Shown: piece by piece, positions 24,237 through 36,428 of the stretch | Numbering within the stretch: position 1 is the first letter of the stretch | Layout: every line of letters begins with the position of its first letter | Assembly (NCBI GenBank): GCA_043228905.1 | Contig: JBHGNT010000088.1 | Location: forward strand, 1-64,000 | DNA length: 64,000 nucleotides | From: Azolla caroliniana | Taxonomy: Eukaryota > Plantae > Polypodiophyta | Direction of reading: 5' to 3' | Translations under genes and position numbers: made by a program | Notes under the pieces: generated by a model | The model's input: only the letters and a program-made list of their open reading frames with translations | Told to the model about the DNA's origin: nothing | Database searches by the model: none

Positions 24237-27200
24237 ATAATGTTGAAAGTTCAACGTTTAGTACGGAATTTTATTTGGGGGAACAATAGGTCAGTCAATC
24301 CTGTAGCAAAGGTAGCTTGGTCTATCCTGATACAACCTAAACAAAAAGGTGGTTTAGGTTTGATTGATCCATTTATGCAAAGCAAAGCTTTACTTACTAA
24401 ACATGTTGTTAGGAGTTTATTGCCAGGACAGGAGTTATGGAAAAAGCTATGGATGCAACATCTATATAAGGTCAAGCCTTCGGTAGGTGGTCAATGGAAG
24501 GATAGTCTTAGATGGTTCTTTAATGCAGATTTCCAGCTACCTAAGTCCAATGATGGATCATTGCGTTTCTTCAATGGAATTTTTCGGGCATGGGAAACTC
24601 TTCGGCAAGCGCTTGTTTTCTTGCCACCGAAAAGCTATCATCAATTTATGCGTCAACCATTGATATGGAATCCTTTATTTACCGATGAAGATGCATGTGT
24701 TTTGGGTTTACGCCCTAGGTTATCATGGGCTGCAATGGATAGTGGACCAGTTCGTACGGTTGCGGATTGGATAAGGTTTATGCAGTCCTCTACGCTGGAG
24801 CAAAGTAATAGGTTATCGAACTTAAGAGGGGCTAAGATCATGTTATCACAATTGTCCAGGGTGTATCAGGTCACAGTGCCTACATTGCAATTCGATCATT
24901 TTCAGAGTTGGTACGGTATGTTCTCGACACTCAATATACTTATAGGAGCTCGGTTATATGATCAAAATGGTAGCATTTATTTTTATGAAGTGTTCGACAA
25001 TGGTAGGTTGATACTAGTGGATGAGGAGTCTCAAATCATGTTGGCTGCAAAGCAATTGCCAGTGCGAGTAATTGCTAGATTAGATAAAAATATATATATC
25101 GATCCTAGTCCACTAATAGTTAATTTTTCATCTCATATTTCGGTGTTAGACTCTTAACCTATTGATGACCTGCAATGGGATCCAGCGGATTATGGTTGGA
25201 AATTATCCATATCTGACTCTTCGACTAAGATCCTTCCTTTTTTCAAATATTCAGTAGCGTTTGGTAGGAATTTTATGTTGAGGCAAACCGAGCCGATACC
25301 TGCTGGAAAAAAGTATTGGGAGGAAGGTAATGTTTCATCTACTCATATGGTTATGTTTTGGAAACAATTTTGGTCTATTAAATGCATGAATAAGATATTG
25401 CATTTTCGGTGGTTGATGATGCATTATGCGTTGCCAATAGGTCATTTATTGAGGGAATCGGTGAGTAATCGATCATGTATTATGTGTGGGTTTGCGGATG
25501 AGACATTGCATCATGCATTTTGGGAATGTGTTTCCGCAAAAAGTTTTTGGTGTCGAATTCTTAGGCTTCTAGGTCGTAAGTATAAGTCTGCTATTTTTAC
25601 ATGGGGTGCAGTCTTTTGGGGAATGTTGGATCAACAAAGGGCTTTTTATCATTATAATCATTCTTCATTGTCTTTATATGTAAGAAGTTTTCAGGTATAT
25701 TCTACTTCAAGATCCTTGCAGGGAGTCAAGTTCTTCTCGCGGAGCTATGCTTGGCAGATTGTCTCCTCGTTGTCTCTATGGGTTCTTTGGAAAGCTCGGT
25801 GCTCCAAGTTATACAATGATGAAGACATTCACGTTGTGGATCAGGTAAAGTCTTTTTGGAATTTATTAGTACATTCAGTTAAAGGTGAGTATGACAGGTA
25901 TAAAGGCTATGGAAACACAACCATTCGAAAAAGAAAGAGATTACGACGAGTTTGGTCAGCTATTCCTATAATGTTAGATGCAGGCACGGAGGTTAGGTGG
26001 AATTATGTGCCACCTCGTTGGTTGTTCCCGCCACCAGTACCATTCTTATGGCGAACAACATGAGATAACAGGGAGGAGACAGTGGCGGCATGTATGAAGC
26101 CTATTTTAATGTAGGTAAGATATACATATGCTAGAAGAAGATATGAGGAAATGGGATGATGTTTTGGATGCTGAATCAGGCTAGTAAAAGAAGATTTTAG
26201 TGGTATGAGGCAGATTTCGTGTGATAATCAGAGACATCGACATGGTGGATGTGGACAGGTTGAAATAGGTTTAAGTTGTTTTGTGATTGGGATGACTGAT
26301 GGTGGTGGGGGTTGTCGAAGATTACTAGGAGAAGGTGAGGATTTCTGTTTGTTTTCTACTCGTTTGTTGGTTGTTAGTGTAACAGGATTGTCGAATCGGA
26401 GATAGTGAGATGGTAGATGGGGACATGACGAAGCCGTTTTTTTGTTTTTTGTGGTTAGGATGAGTGATGTTGGAGTGGGGGCTGAAGCAGATTATTATGA
26501 GAAGGCGAGGAATGATTTTCGCTCATTTTTTGTTGTGATTACAGGGCCGCGTTAATCGGTGAGATGGAATAGGGGAAGCAAGATACCCTAGATATGGGTT
26601 GACTTAAGACAGATATTATGGTTCTCATAGGTTGCGGGATGATGGCAGTGGGATTTGAAGCAACTTTGTCATGGTGTGAGGATGAGTGGTGTTGGTGCGA
26701 GGGCTGAAGCAGATCAGGAGGGGAGAGGAATCATTGTTCACTTATTTTGTTGTTAATTACATAGGATATTGGCGGTACTCGGCGAGATGGTGGATGTGGA
26801 TTGATTGAAGCAATTTGTTTGTTTTTAGGAGTGATGATGGTGGGGGGGACAGAAGCAAATCATGAGGGGATGAGGAACCATTATTCACTTGTTTTTGTTG
26901 TTTTTTGTATAGGTCAGAGGTGGTATTCGGCGAGATGGTGGATGTGGTTTGATTGAAGCAATTTCTCTGTTTTTAGGAGTGACGATGGTGTGGGGGAACG
27001 AAGCAAATCATGGGGGAATGAGGAACAATTTCTCATTTTTGTTGATTCATTGCACAGGACATTGGTGCTATTCGGCGAGATGGTGGATGTGGACTAAAGG
27101 AAGCAATGTGTCTGTTTTAGGAGTGATGATGGTGGGGGGGATCGAAGCAGCTCATGAGGGGATGAGGAATTTTTTATTTTTTTTGTTGTCAATTCCACAG

Positions 27201-27688
27201 GACATTGGTGGCATTCGGCGAGATGGTGGAGGTGGATTGAGTGAAGCAATTTGGTTGTTTTTAGGAGTGATGATGGTGAGGGGGCCGAAGCACATCATGA
27301 AGGGAGAGTGAATAAGTTGTGGGGATCGAAGCAAATGGGGTGAGAGGTGGAGATTAGTATAGTACATTTCATTTTCATGGTCTGTTTTTTTCTCCCCAAC
27401 AGTTTTTACAAATGTTGGAATCACTTCAGATCTGTTTGGAACTGTTTCTGTTGGGATGGTGAATCTTCTTACAGAGACGGAAATCTTCTTACACCTGACG
27501 CATATGATTGGAAAGACAGAGGACATGGAATCTGCAGCAGATCACTGGAATCAATGTTGTGTTTTATGGCTGTTTTTTTTTCCCCAACAGTTTTTACAAA
27601 TACTAGAATCATTTCAGATATACTGGTGGAGATGAAACAATATTATGTACTATTTGTATACTGCCTCCGGGCTTTTTATTAATACCAA
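24237..27688 (+). mobile_element. 5'-truncated LINE (L1/Tx1-like): ORF2 C-terminus with zf-RVT and a long repeat-containing 3' region
   Basis: RNFIWG..AKVAW....PK.KGGLGL (24240-25157); CIMCGFADETLHHAFWEC (25275-26063); splits the chromovirus integrase; no clear poly(A) or TSD. Confidence 0.85.
26230..27310 (+). repeat. Degenerate ~145-bp tandem repeat in the LINE 3' region
   Basis: cggcgagatggtgga at 26780, 26928, 27073 and 27216; weaker copies near 26236, 26406 and 26557. Confidence 0.85.
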
Positions 27689-29734
27689 TGGAGCATATGT
27701 TTTATGGTAAAAAACATCAAGACCACTCGGCCTTGTAGTAAATTGGATTACCAATGTTTTGGCCCTTACATGATCACTGGTAAGATAAGTGATGTTGCAT
27801 TTTGTCTTAGCCTCCCTCCGCACATGCGTCTTCATCCGGTGTTTCATGTATCCCTTTTGGAACCTTATACTACAAGTTCAATTCCGGGTCGTCTTACGAC
27901 ACCCCCACCACCTTTTGAGTTCTTGGATGGACCCGAATTTGAGGTTGTTGCCATTCTCGATTCTAAAATCGTGCACAACAAGCTGTATTACTTGGTTGAT
28001 TGGTTAGGCTATACCCCCAATGATCGAACTGGGAACCTGCCGCAAATCTTTCCAATGCTACGGATATGGTCATTGTATTTCATCGTCAATATCCTCGTAA
28101 ACCAAGTCCTAATACAAACCCTACGACCCGTGAGATGTGTCGTCAGAGAAGGGGGATAGTGTCATCATGATGACACTCACATCATGCCTCGAAAAGATTT
28201 GAACCCACGACCTTGTTGTACACATGTCAAATCCTTAACCATTGTATTAATATTCTTATATGTATAATTTTTTAATATATAATCTAATATCATAGGAATA
28301 TTCTATATTACTCTACATTCTAGAATAACCTAGAATATTCTAGAGTGTTCTATACACTAAAACCTTCTAGAATACGCTAGAAACCTTCTAGGTTACTCTA
28401 CATTCTAGGATGATCTAGAATATTCTAGAGTGTTCTCTATTACTTATAAATAGGGATCTATCAATCATCCCAAACCTAAATTGGTTCAACTCCATTTTGT
28501 AGCACTCTATTGCCTACTCCTTAGAAATTTTGCTAACTATTTTTCCCCATTTGCTAACCGGTATGGCAATGTCTCCTTGGAATTTTTGCTAACTATTTTC
28601 CCCCATTGGTTTTCACTTGGGGCATGGTGGTTTGGCCATCACTTGTCCCTGATACGTTCCATTATGACACTGAATCTATGGACCATGGATTTTACACTAA
28701 ATCTAGAAGTGTTCATACATTACCATTGCTATCATTACCGTTTTCAGGAATACGAAAGGAAGTCCAACCAATATGGGAGACATTGAGTAGTACCACTATA
28801 CGTCTTGAAGGCTCAATGCCCTCTCGTTTTCCATCAACTTAAAACATCATCAGCTGAATTGGTTTCAAATATTTGGTTTGACATAGTTCATACTTTGAAG
28901 GGTCAATGGGATGGTATTTTTGGAGATTTTGATGCTAAAATTGGTCAAGAGCATGAGTTTCTTATCGTCTAGACAACTACTCCATTCATGACATCCAATT
29001 ATAGCATCCTTATTAGCATATTCAGCCTCCGAAATGGTTGTTTCCCCTGCCGATCACATAGAGTTTAAAATCTTGTAAAATGTTTACACTAATGACACGA
29101 TATCTTTTTAAAATAATAATAATAATAATAAAAGATGTTACAAGAGGGTGAATGCTTGAAGGATATGAAAAGGAGAAGAATATGATCATTGATAACAACA
29201 TTATGTTGATAGATGAATATGTCATGACGTGTGTGTACAAATATTATCTTAATAATATCATGCGAGACTTGAGTTTATATGGTTGGTATTTGTTTCCACA
29301 GTGGATTATGTCATCTTTCTACAATGGGTTTTGACTGAAACTTTCATTTCTTTTTATCATACAAGGCCGTGAAAAAAGTATGCATAACATTTTCTGTTAA
29401 AAGTATTTTATGTTTCTGTTTTCTGGTACAATTAACAAATCTTTTGTAATGTCAATAGACTGCAAATTAGCAAATTGGCTTTCCAATGAGATTGACACGT
29501 TCTAAAAATACATCTTATGAAAGTGTATTGCGGAAAACAAAATAAAGGATCCATGCACGAAAATCAAACAACAAATCCTAATTAAGCTACAAGTAAATGT
29601 CAAGACAATTAAGTGGACATGAATGATTGATATAAGGGTAAATAGTGAAAATAATCCCCTTTTTACTTTTGAAGTAGGGTTCTCGAGCCACTTCGTGTTC
29701 TCCTTCCGTGACCGGTATGTGAGTTCGCAAACCC

Positions 29735-30547
29735 CTTCTTGATGCTGCCACCCATGATGAGGTTGGTGGTGTTGGAGACCACATTGACCACCTAAGACAA
29801 AAAGGAGGTCAAGAAGGAGAAATGAGGGGGCATTATACCTTCAAAGTAATTCAAGGCCAAGCTCCAAACCGCCAAAAGTTGAATGCCGAGTTGAAATCTC
29901 CTTCTTGATGCCACCACTTGTGATGAGCTTGATGGTGTCAGAGACCACACTGACCACCTAAGACAAAGAGGAAGTCAAGAAGGAGAAATGAGGGGACGTT
30001 ATACCTTCACGCTAATCTGAGGTTGAGCTCCAAAATGCCAAAAGTTGAATGCCAAGTTGAAACCTCTAAAAAAATCCAAAGAAGAAGCCTTCCAAAGCCC
30101 AAACAAAGAAGAACAAAAAATTTGAGCGTCCAAAATCAGTTGTCTTCCCCTCCTTGGAGAGAGGCGCCTCATTTGCATTAAGTGCAAATATTCCTATTTT
30201 GTATAAAAAAAAGAACAAATAATACTTAATTCACATTGCACTATAGACATTCAAACTCTATACCTAGAGCACAAGGTCAACGGCTCTAACCACTAAGCCA
30301 TTCACCCTTAACAACCACAATTATTTTTTCATAAATAGATATATATAGTCTAGATCGAGCTCCAAAATGAGGGGACGTTATGTATCTTCACACTAATCCT
30401 AGGTCGAGCTCCAAAATCCTAAAAGTCAAACATCAAGTAAAATGCAAATATTGCTATTTTTTATTCGGAAAAAAGGGAATAAATAATACTTAATTCGCAT
30501 TGCATTGCAAAGACTCAAACTCTATACACTTACGAGTACAAGGTCAA
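29735..30547. repeat. Locally duplicated segments, possibly a transposon remnant
   Basis: ~165-bp unit twice (29735-29890, 29901-30060) and ~100-bp unit twice (30185-30280, 30445-30547). Confidence 0.6.
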
Positions 30548-31741
30548 TGGAGAAGAAAGCTTGGATATCAGAAGACCTAGGTAGGCTAAAGGCGTTTTGG
30601 GTGCAAAGAAATAAATGCATTGTACAACCAGCCATGGAATTGCAAATTTGGTGTTCGAATAGGCTAACTGACATCTGGCCCACCATAGCCTCTATCACGG
30701 TATAGAACATTTGGAAATCTAGATGCAAAGGTCTTGTTGGAGAAGAAAGACGACCAAAGGAGACAATCACTGCTCTATGGTATGATTTGATTCCGAATAT
30801 TGGAGCTCAATATGAAGAGTTGGAAGGAACTTCAGACACAATGGAAGATGCAAGTCTTTTCTTTCAACAATCATGGTCGGATTCACCCAAGTTAGTGGAT
30901 TATGTAGATGGCGTGCCAAAGTGGTGTTACACCACACCAAAATGGTTATTTCCAACTTGGCAGCCCAACCAAAAAGGTACATGGTATTTTTCTGAAATTT
31001 TACATATTGTGGGATGATAAACACATAATGGGGTAATGTGGTTGAATGTCTATGATGACATTTCTGTTGTACATATTGGTGTAAAGCCACTCTACCTATC
31101 TAAACTCGAATTTTTGGTCCAGTAGCTAGGGAAGAATGTTGTGTTTCATGCCTACACTAAGCACATCAAGGTACACTATCATTTTATCTGTGAGTAGATA
31201 TTAGCCATTGAAAATGACCTGCAATATATCAATATCAACAAACAAGTGGACGAAATTTCCACAAAGGCATTAGGTCAAGACAACTGCGACAATTCTTAAT
31301 GGGTCTAGGATAATTCAATGCATTGGGGTTGATGAGGAATACAACTAGTCCAAGGACCAGCACCGAGACGAAGACTAAGGAGCATATAGAGAAAAATGGC
31401 ACCAAGTCAGTCAAATAAGTGAAAGAAAAAACCTTGGCACCTTGGGATTTTTTATGAACATCTCTAAATCATCAAGGTCAACCTTGCATGATCAAGATAG
31501 AGTACAGAGGAGGAATTTGAAGACCACGACTCGATAGTTCTAGCAACATTGACCAAGTTTTCAAGTACATTTGACAATTGAGCCTAACAAAACACACAAT
31601 CAACCTTGAGGGGTCGCGAGTGGTCATATAGATCACATCTAAGTGTAGAATGCCCAACAAAGAAAAAGAGATTACAAAACAATTAAATGGCCTTAGCAAT
31701 CCTAAAGAGGATACAAGAGCTTTGAACCCTTTTCACATTAG

Positions 31742-33252
31742 CTACAAATTGTTAGCGATTTCTAAAAGTGAGGTGTAAGTACCATCGATGCATGCAACTA
31801 ACGCAAGAGCTAAAATGCAAAGTATCAATCCTTTCTCCCAAAGAACAACTTCTTTAGAGAAGAGCCTCAAGTAGCATATACATGGTATAGTGATTGCTAC
31901 AGTGATGCTAAGGAAGGATCCAACCAATGCCATGATGTAGGCGAAAAAGGGTATAGCAATCGCAATTCCTACTGTACTTACAACGAGTAGAGTTCGAATA
32001 AGTATTCCACATATTATGAAATTATGTTCTTTCCAATGGTCGGGTATAAACTCTTCTAAAGCGGCCGCTACAGGCGTAAGTGCTAGTGCATACTTTGCAA
32101 ATGGGTTTACAAGCATTGCTATTATTGCAACTTGTGTAGAAATCTCTCCTCTAGGTAGGTTCAATGTGATTTGAGATTTAGCAGTTTCTCCAAATATCAA
32201 ATACCCAACCACAGCCATGCCTCCATAGAGTAATGTGCAGAACACAAAGCATACAATCAAAACCTAGAAAAGCAAATAAATGGAGCTTCAAATATATTAG
32301 TCAATCGATACAAAATATACATGCATGCATAAATATTTACAGGCATACAGACATACATACATACATACATACATACATACATACATAAATGCAAGCATAC
32401 TCTCATTCATGCATGCATGCATACATACATGATACATACATAGATGCTGTCATTCATTTATGCATGCATACTATACATACATACACACACACATACATAT
32501 ATATGTTTCGATAGTTTGCCCTATAAATCAAAGTGACAAGCATGCCTATCCTTACATGAGAAAACTGTTTTCTGTCTTGCATCGAGCAATAGATACTTGG
32601 GAAGACAGCATGCCCACAGTAACAAAATGCATAAAGCCCAACAGCAATGGGTAATCCTTGTAGATTAACCAGGTTCCCGGATTGATATGTGAAACCTGAA
32701 TTTGAGATGCCATACCACGATGTTGCCACGAACAGAGTAACACAAGCAATCACACCCCCCGCTGATATATATGATAACAATCTTAAGTCGCGTAACCACA
32801 CTGTTGGTAGCATCACTAGGGATGAGACGATGATGAAAGATTTCTCCGGACTTAACTCGAAGTACTTCAAATTGATTCCTTTCCAAGCAATGAGTTGTGT
32901 TAAATTGTCTCCCTCTAGAATCAAGAACTCCGCGGCAACGGCGAAAAGCTCGAAATACAACAGCGCTGAAACAATTATCCGTCCATATTTACCGAATGCC
33001 ACTTGACCTACATCTGGATAGCCCATGATGGATGGATCTAAGTCTATGCATCGGCGTAGGAGGACGCCGGTGTAGCAACAAACCACGGCAAAGATGAGGA
33101 GAAAGCTCAATCCAGTCCACCCGCCTTGTGCTACGGCATACGGCATTGACAGGATGCCGACTCCTGGAGGAAGAAGACATTATGTACCAAAGTTTGAAGC
33201 ATATCATGAATGAAATAATGTCCTTGATTTAATACATACCTGTGTTCCAACA

Positions 33253-33294
<42 letters not shown>

Positions 33295-33904
33295 TACAAG
33301 ATGAGCACAGCCTGACATAAATCTTGTAAGTTCTACCTGCAAGAATATTTATTCCATTGAGAGAGGCCTCAAAAAAGCTGCTGCCTTGTATTTCTTTCAA
33401 GCTCGATAATTCGTCTTTCAAATTGTGGACCACTAAATGTCCTTGTGCACTGAGACAAACTTGATTCTTTTCCGGATGATCCTCACAATCACCATTAAGA
33501 CTAGCCTTCAAGTGCTCATTATTTGTCAAAAGTGGTTCCTTAGCATCATCACTGAACCCATTGTATTGATGCAATGCAGGAATTACATTATTGAGCTCTG
33601 GGTCTTTCAAGGATGGCACCACATATCTATCTCCACGGATCGAGGGGGATCGCATCGGTGGCGATCGCATTGAGGGGGATTGGGGAGATCGCATTGAGAG
33701 AGACCTCGAAAACAAATTCATTGAGTTCTCGTAGGTTTGTGGCCAATAAAGTTTCTCGGGGGAGCAATTCTCCGCCACCAAGCCCATGTCTAGGTGTGGA
33801 GAACTAATTACAATGGGAGTATTGGTCTGGTGACGCCTCTCAATTAGTGCTCTTGTGGGATGAAGAAGTGCTTTCTCATCTGGATCCACCTCGTTACGCT
33901 CCAT
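31742..33904 (-). CDS. AVT1: Amino acid transporter, AVT1 family (Aa_trans), 3 exons, ~565 aa
   Basis: Exons 33904-33337, 33163-32556 and 32263-31742; GT-AG introns, total 1698 nt in frame; motifs NGINILAGVGILSMPYA, EFLILEGDNL, FCYCGHAVFP, SQITLNLP and NPFAKYAL. Confidence 0.95.
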
Positions 33905-34483
33905 TTTCCAACCAAATTGACACACACAGTTTGTGTCCCAGTCTTGTTTCCGGAAAATGCGATATAATTAGTATAAGAATGTAGTTGGCATAAAAAGGAT
34001 TATCTAGTATCACCAATGAAGCAAACTATACCTAGCCTGTAATGCAAGATAAAAATTATCAAAATATAACATGTACATGGGAAACCATATCCCAGCTACA
34101 ATGAAGGTTTTAAGCTGGTAAAACCCATCATATGAAGGATGTAATTAGCAGATACACACACACACACACACACACACATACATACATGAAAAGAGAGATA
34201 GATGCGCGCATCTTATTAGAATAAGGAAAGATGGAGAAATTTTTTTCGTTTCCTTAAAGCTGAAATCAGAACAGAAATAGATTAAAGTAGGGTGTGGTTA
34301 TCTTTTTCAATCCAATGTACGAACGACGACACATATACATACGAAGTCGATTCATTATACATACAGTATACTTAAGTGTATGTATGTATGTATATATACG
34401 GTACACTACATTCGTATACATATCCATGTACGACATGGTATTTGGTATTAGTTTAGAACATGAAGACATTCAGATTGATTGAT

Positions 34484-34536
34484 TTCTTCTTCTTCTTCTT
34501 CTTCTTCTTCTTCTTCTTCTTCTTCTTCTTCTTCTT
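34484..34536. repeat. (TTC)17 microsatellite
   Basis: Direct reading. Confidence 0.95.
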
Positions 34537-36383
34537 TGTGCCCATTATGCACACAACAGACATACATGGACTTACTTGCTTTCGGCCTGCCAATGAATTC
34601 AGCGCAAGTTTTTCGACACACCCGACTATGCAGCTGTTGTGCGTCGGGGCCACAAAGACATTAAATTAGGAGCAGAGCAATGAGTCCCAAATCCTGATTG
34701 CTCTCTCTCAGCTTCTTTTGCATGTTGTACCAACAAATTAATTATGAAATGCTAGGCATACTATTAGTTGTAGTTGTAGTAGGGGTAGGGGTAGGGGTAG
34801 GGGTGGTATAAGTAGTAATATTAGTAGTAGTAGTAGTATGATATATTGTGTGTACTACAAGGACCCCTCTTATATATGGTTTTCTTCATGTTTACCTAGC
34901 TAGCTAGCTACACAAGCTCTCCAAAGGTCATCCATGTCAACATCGCTCTTAATGGTACCCCCCCCCCCCCCCCCCCTTCTTGACAACCAAATTATTGATG
35001 GACAACGCATTATAATTTATACATGTGCTCATTGGGAGGATGTTTATTTGCCTTGTAATGTGTATGTGTGTATGCGTGCATCTATGTCTGCGTGCATCTA
35101 TGTCTGTAGCGGGGGTTTGGATTGTGTCAATATGGTGCATTTTTTTGTAGCTTTACTTTTATGACTATAAGGAGGCCCACATGGTACATTGTAGTAAAAA
35201 CAGTGTGCACATGCATTTTGCTTGACCATTCACTCTACGATATTTGTGCAATGTTTGATGGTAGATCTACATAGGAAAAATGACCATTTTACTTTTGTGC
35301 CTTTTGGTTGCTTGGATGAATGTGGAGGGAAATTAGTATTTCTTTTTTCATACATACCCCTATGTTATTGACACACAATCTTGATGCATGTAAGGGGAAA
35401 TGGTTTTATATGTTGCCGAATGATGAACACACCATGTGTGATTGATTAGTTAGTTGTACCCTTTCACTATTCCTTGGATGAACATTTAGTGTTGTCTTCA
35501 ATTGAGAAAAGACATTCTATACAATTTATGTACAAAAGGCATCTCATAATTGCCTTTGTGAATGTGTGACTTTCAATAGAATGCAATGGATTGAGAGAAC
35601 AACTTTTTATATTATGTACATGTGCATTTGTCGCATGCCTAAGGATTGCCTCTTGTGATGAATGGGCTCTTCGACGTCATATCAAGGAAACTTTGGCGCT
35701 TCTTCACATTAAACAAATGAGCTCATTAATATTTAATTTATCCTTCTATCTCCCATAGTGTCCACACATGGAGACTTGTAATACCAACTTATTCTATAAG
35801 CAAAACATGAACCCATTCAAATGAAAACTTATGCATGAAAATTGGCAAAATTATGCAATCCCTGTCCAAAGCCTTTATCATATTGTGCAATGATGTATTT
35901 TTGTGTTTCTTTGAAAAGATTAACCATTGTATATGTGCTCTCTCCATCCCTCGAGGTTAATATTTGTTGCCAAATTCAGTTGTCACATGTTAATAAATGT
36001 TTTCTTTAGAAAGAGTGTGTAGTATGGAATTCTTTTCAACTTTTATATATTGGAAGGTCTCTGCTAATGTTCGACAATGTAGCATCATGCATGGGTGATT
36101 TGAGGTTTCTTTAAAATATAATGATTATGTTGTTGCCTAGAGATTGTTGATTCTCTTTCATTCTCACTCACACCCATAAAATCAATATGTGTGGCTGGAT
36201 GGGATGGTCACTCACATATACGACCGGATTTGCCAAACTTCAAATACTAACTTCAAAGAGAGTTTCTACCTGGGTCTTTTCAAGACTTTTCTAGTTACTC
36301 TACCAATGTTTGGAAACTTAATAGTGGTATTTTTTGTTTTCGTTGAAACCAAATTATTAATGTGTGTTGCCTTATGTTTGTTT

Positions 36384-36418
<35 letters not shown>

Positions 36419-36428
36419 GTGTGTGTGT

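Larger units (their letters stand above)
22663..28654 (+). mobile_element. Ty3/gypsy chromovirus copy 3 (diverged subfamily), 5'-truncated: RNase H, integrase, chromodomain, PPT and 3' LTR; split by a LINE
   Basis: RNase [22 protein letters not shown] and DHKNL; integrase to 24236; GPY and chromodomain at 27704-28159; PPT agaagggggatag; LTR starts TGTCA at 28160 (end ~28654 uncertain). Confidence 0.9.

Noticed and set aside
28660-29050. LINE endonuclease remnant (GDFDAKIG-like)
   Set aside because: Single short motif with no supporting frame; needs a profile search
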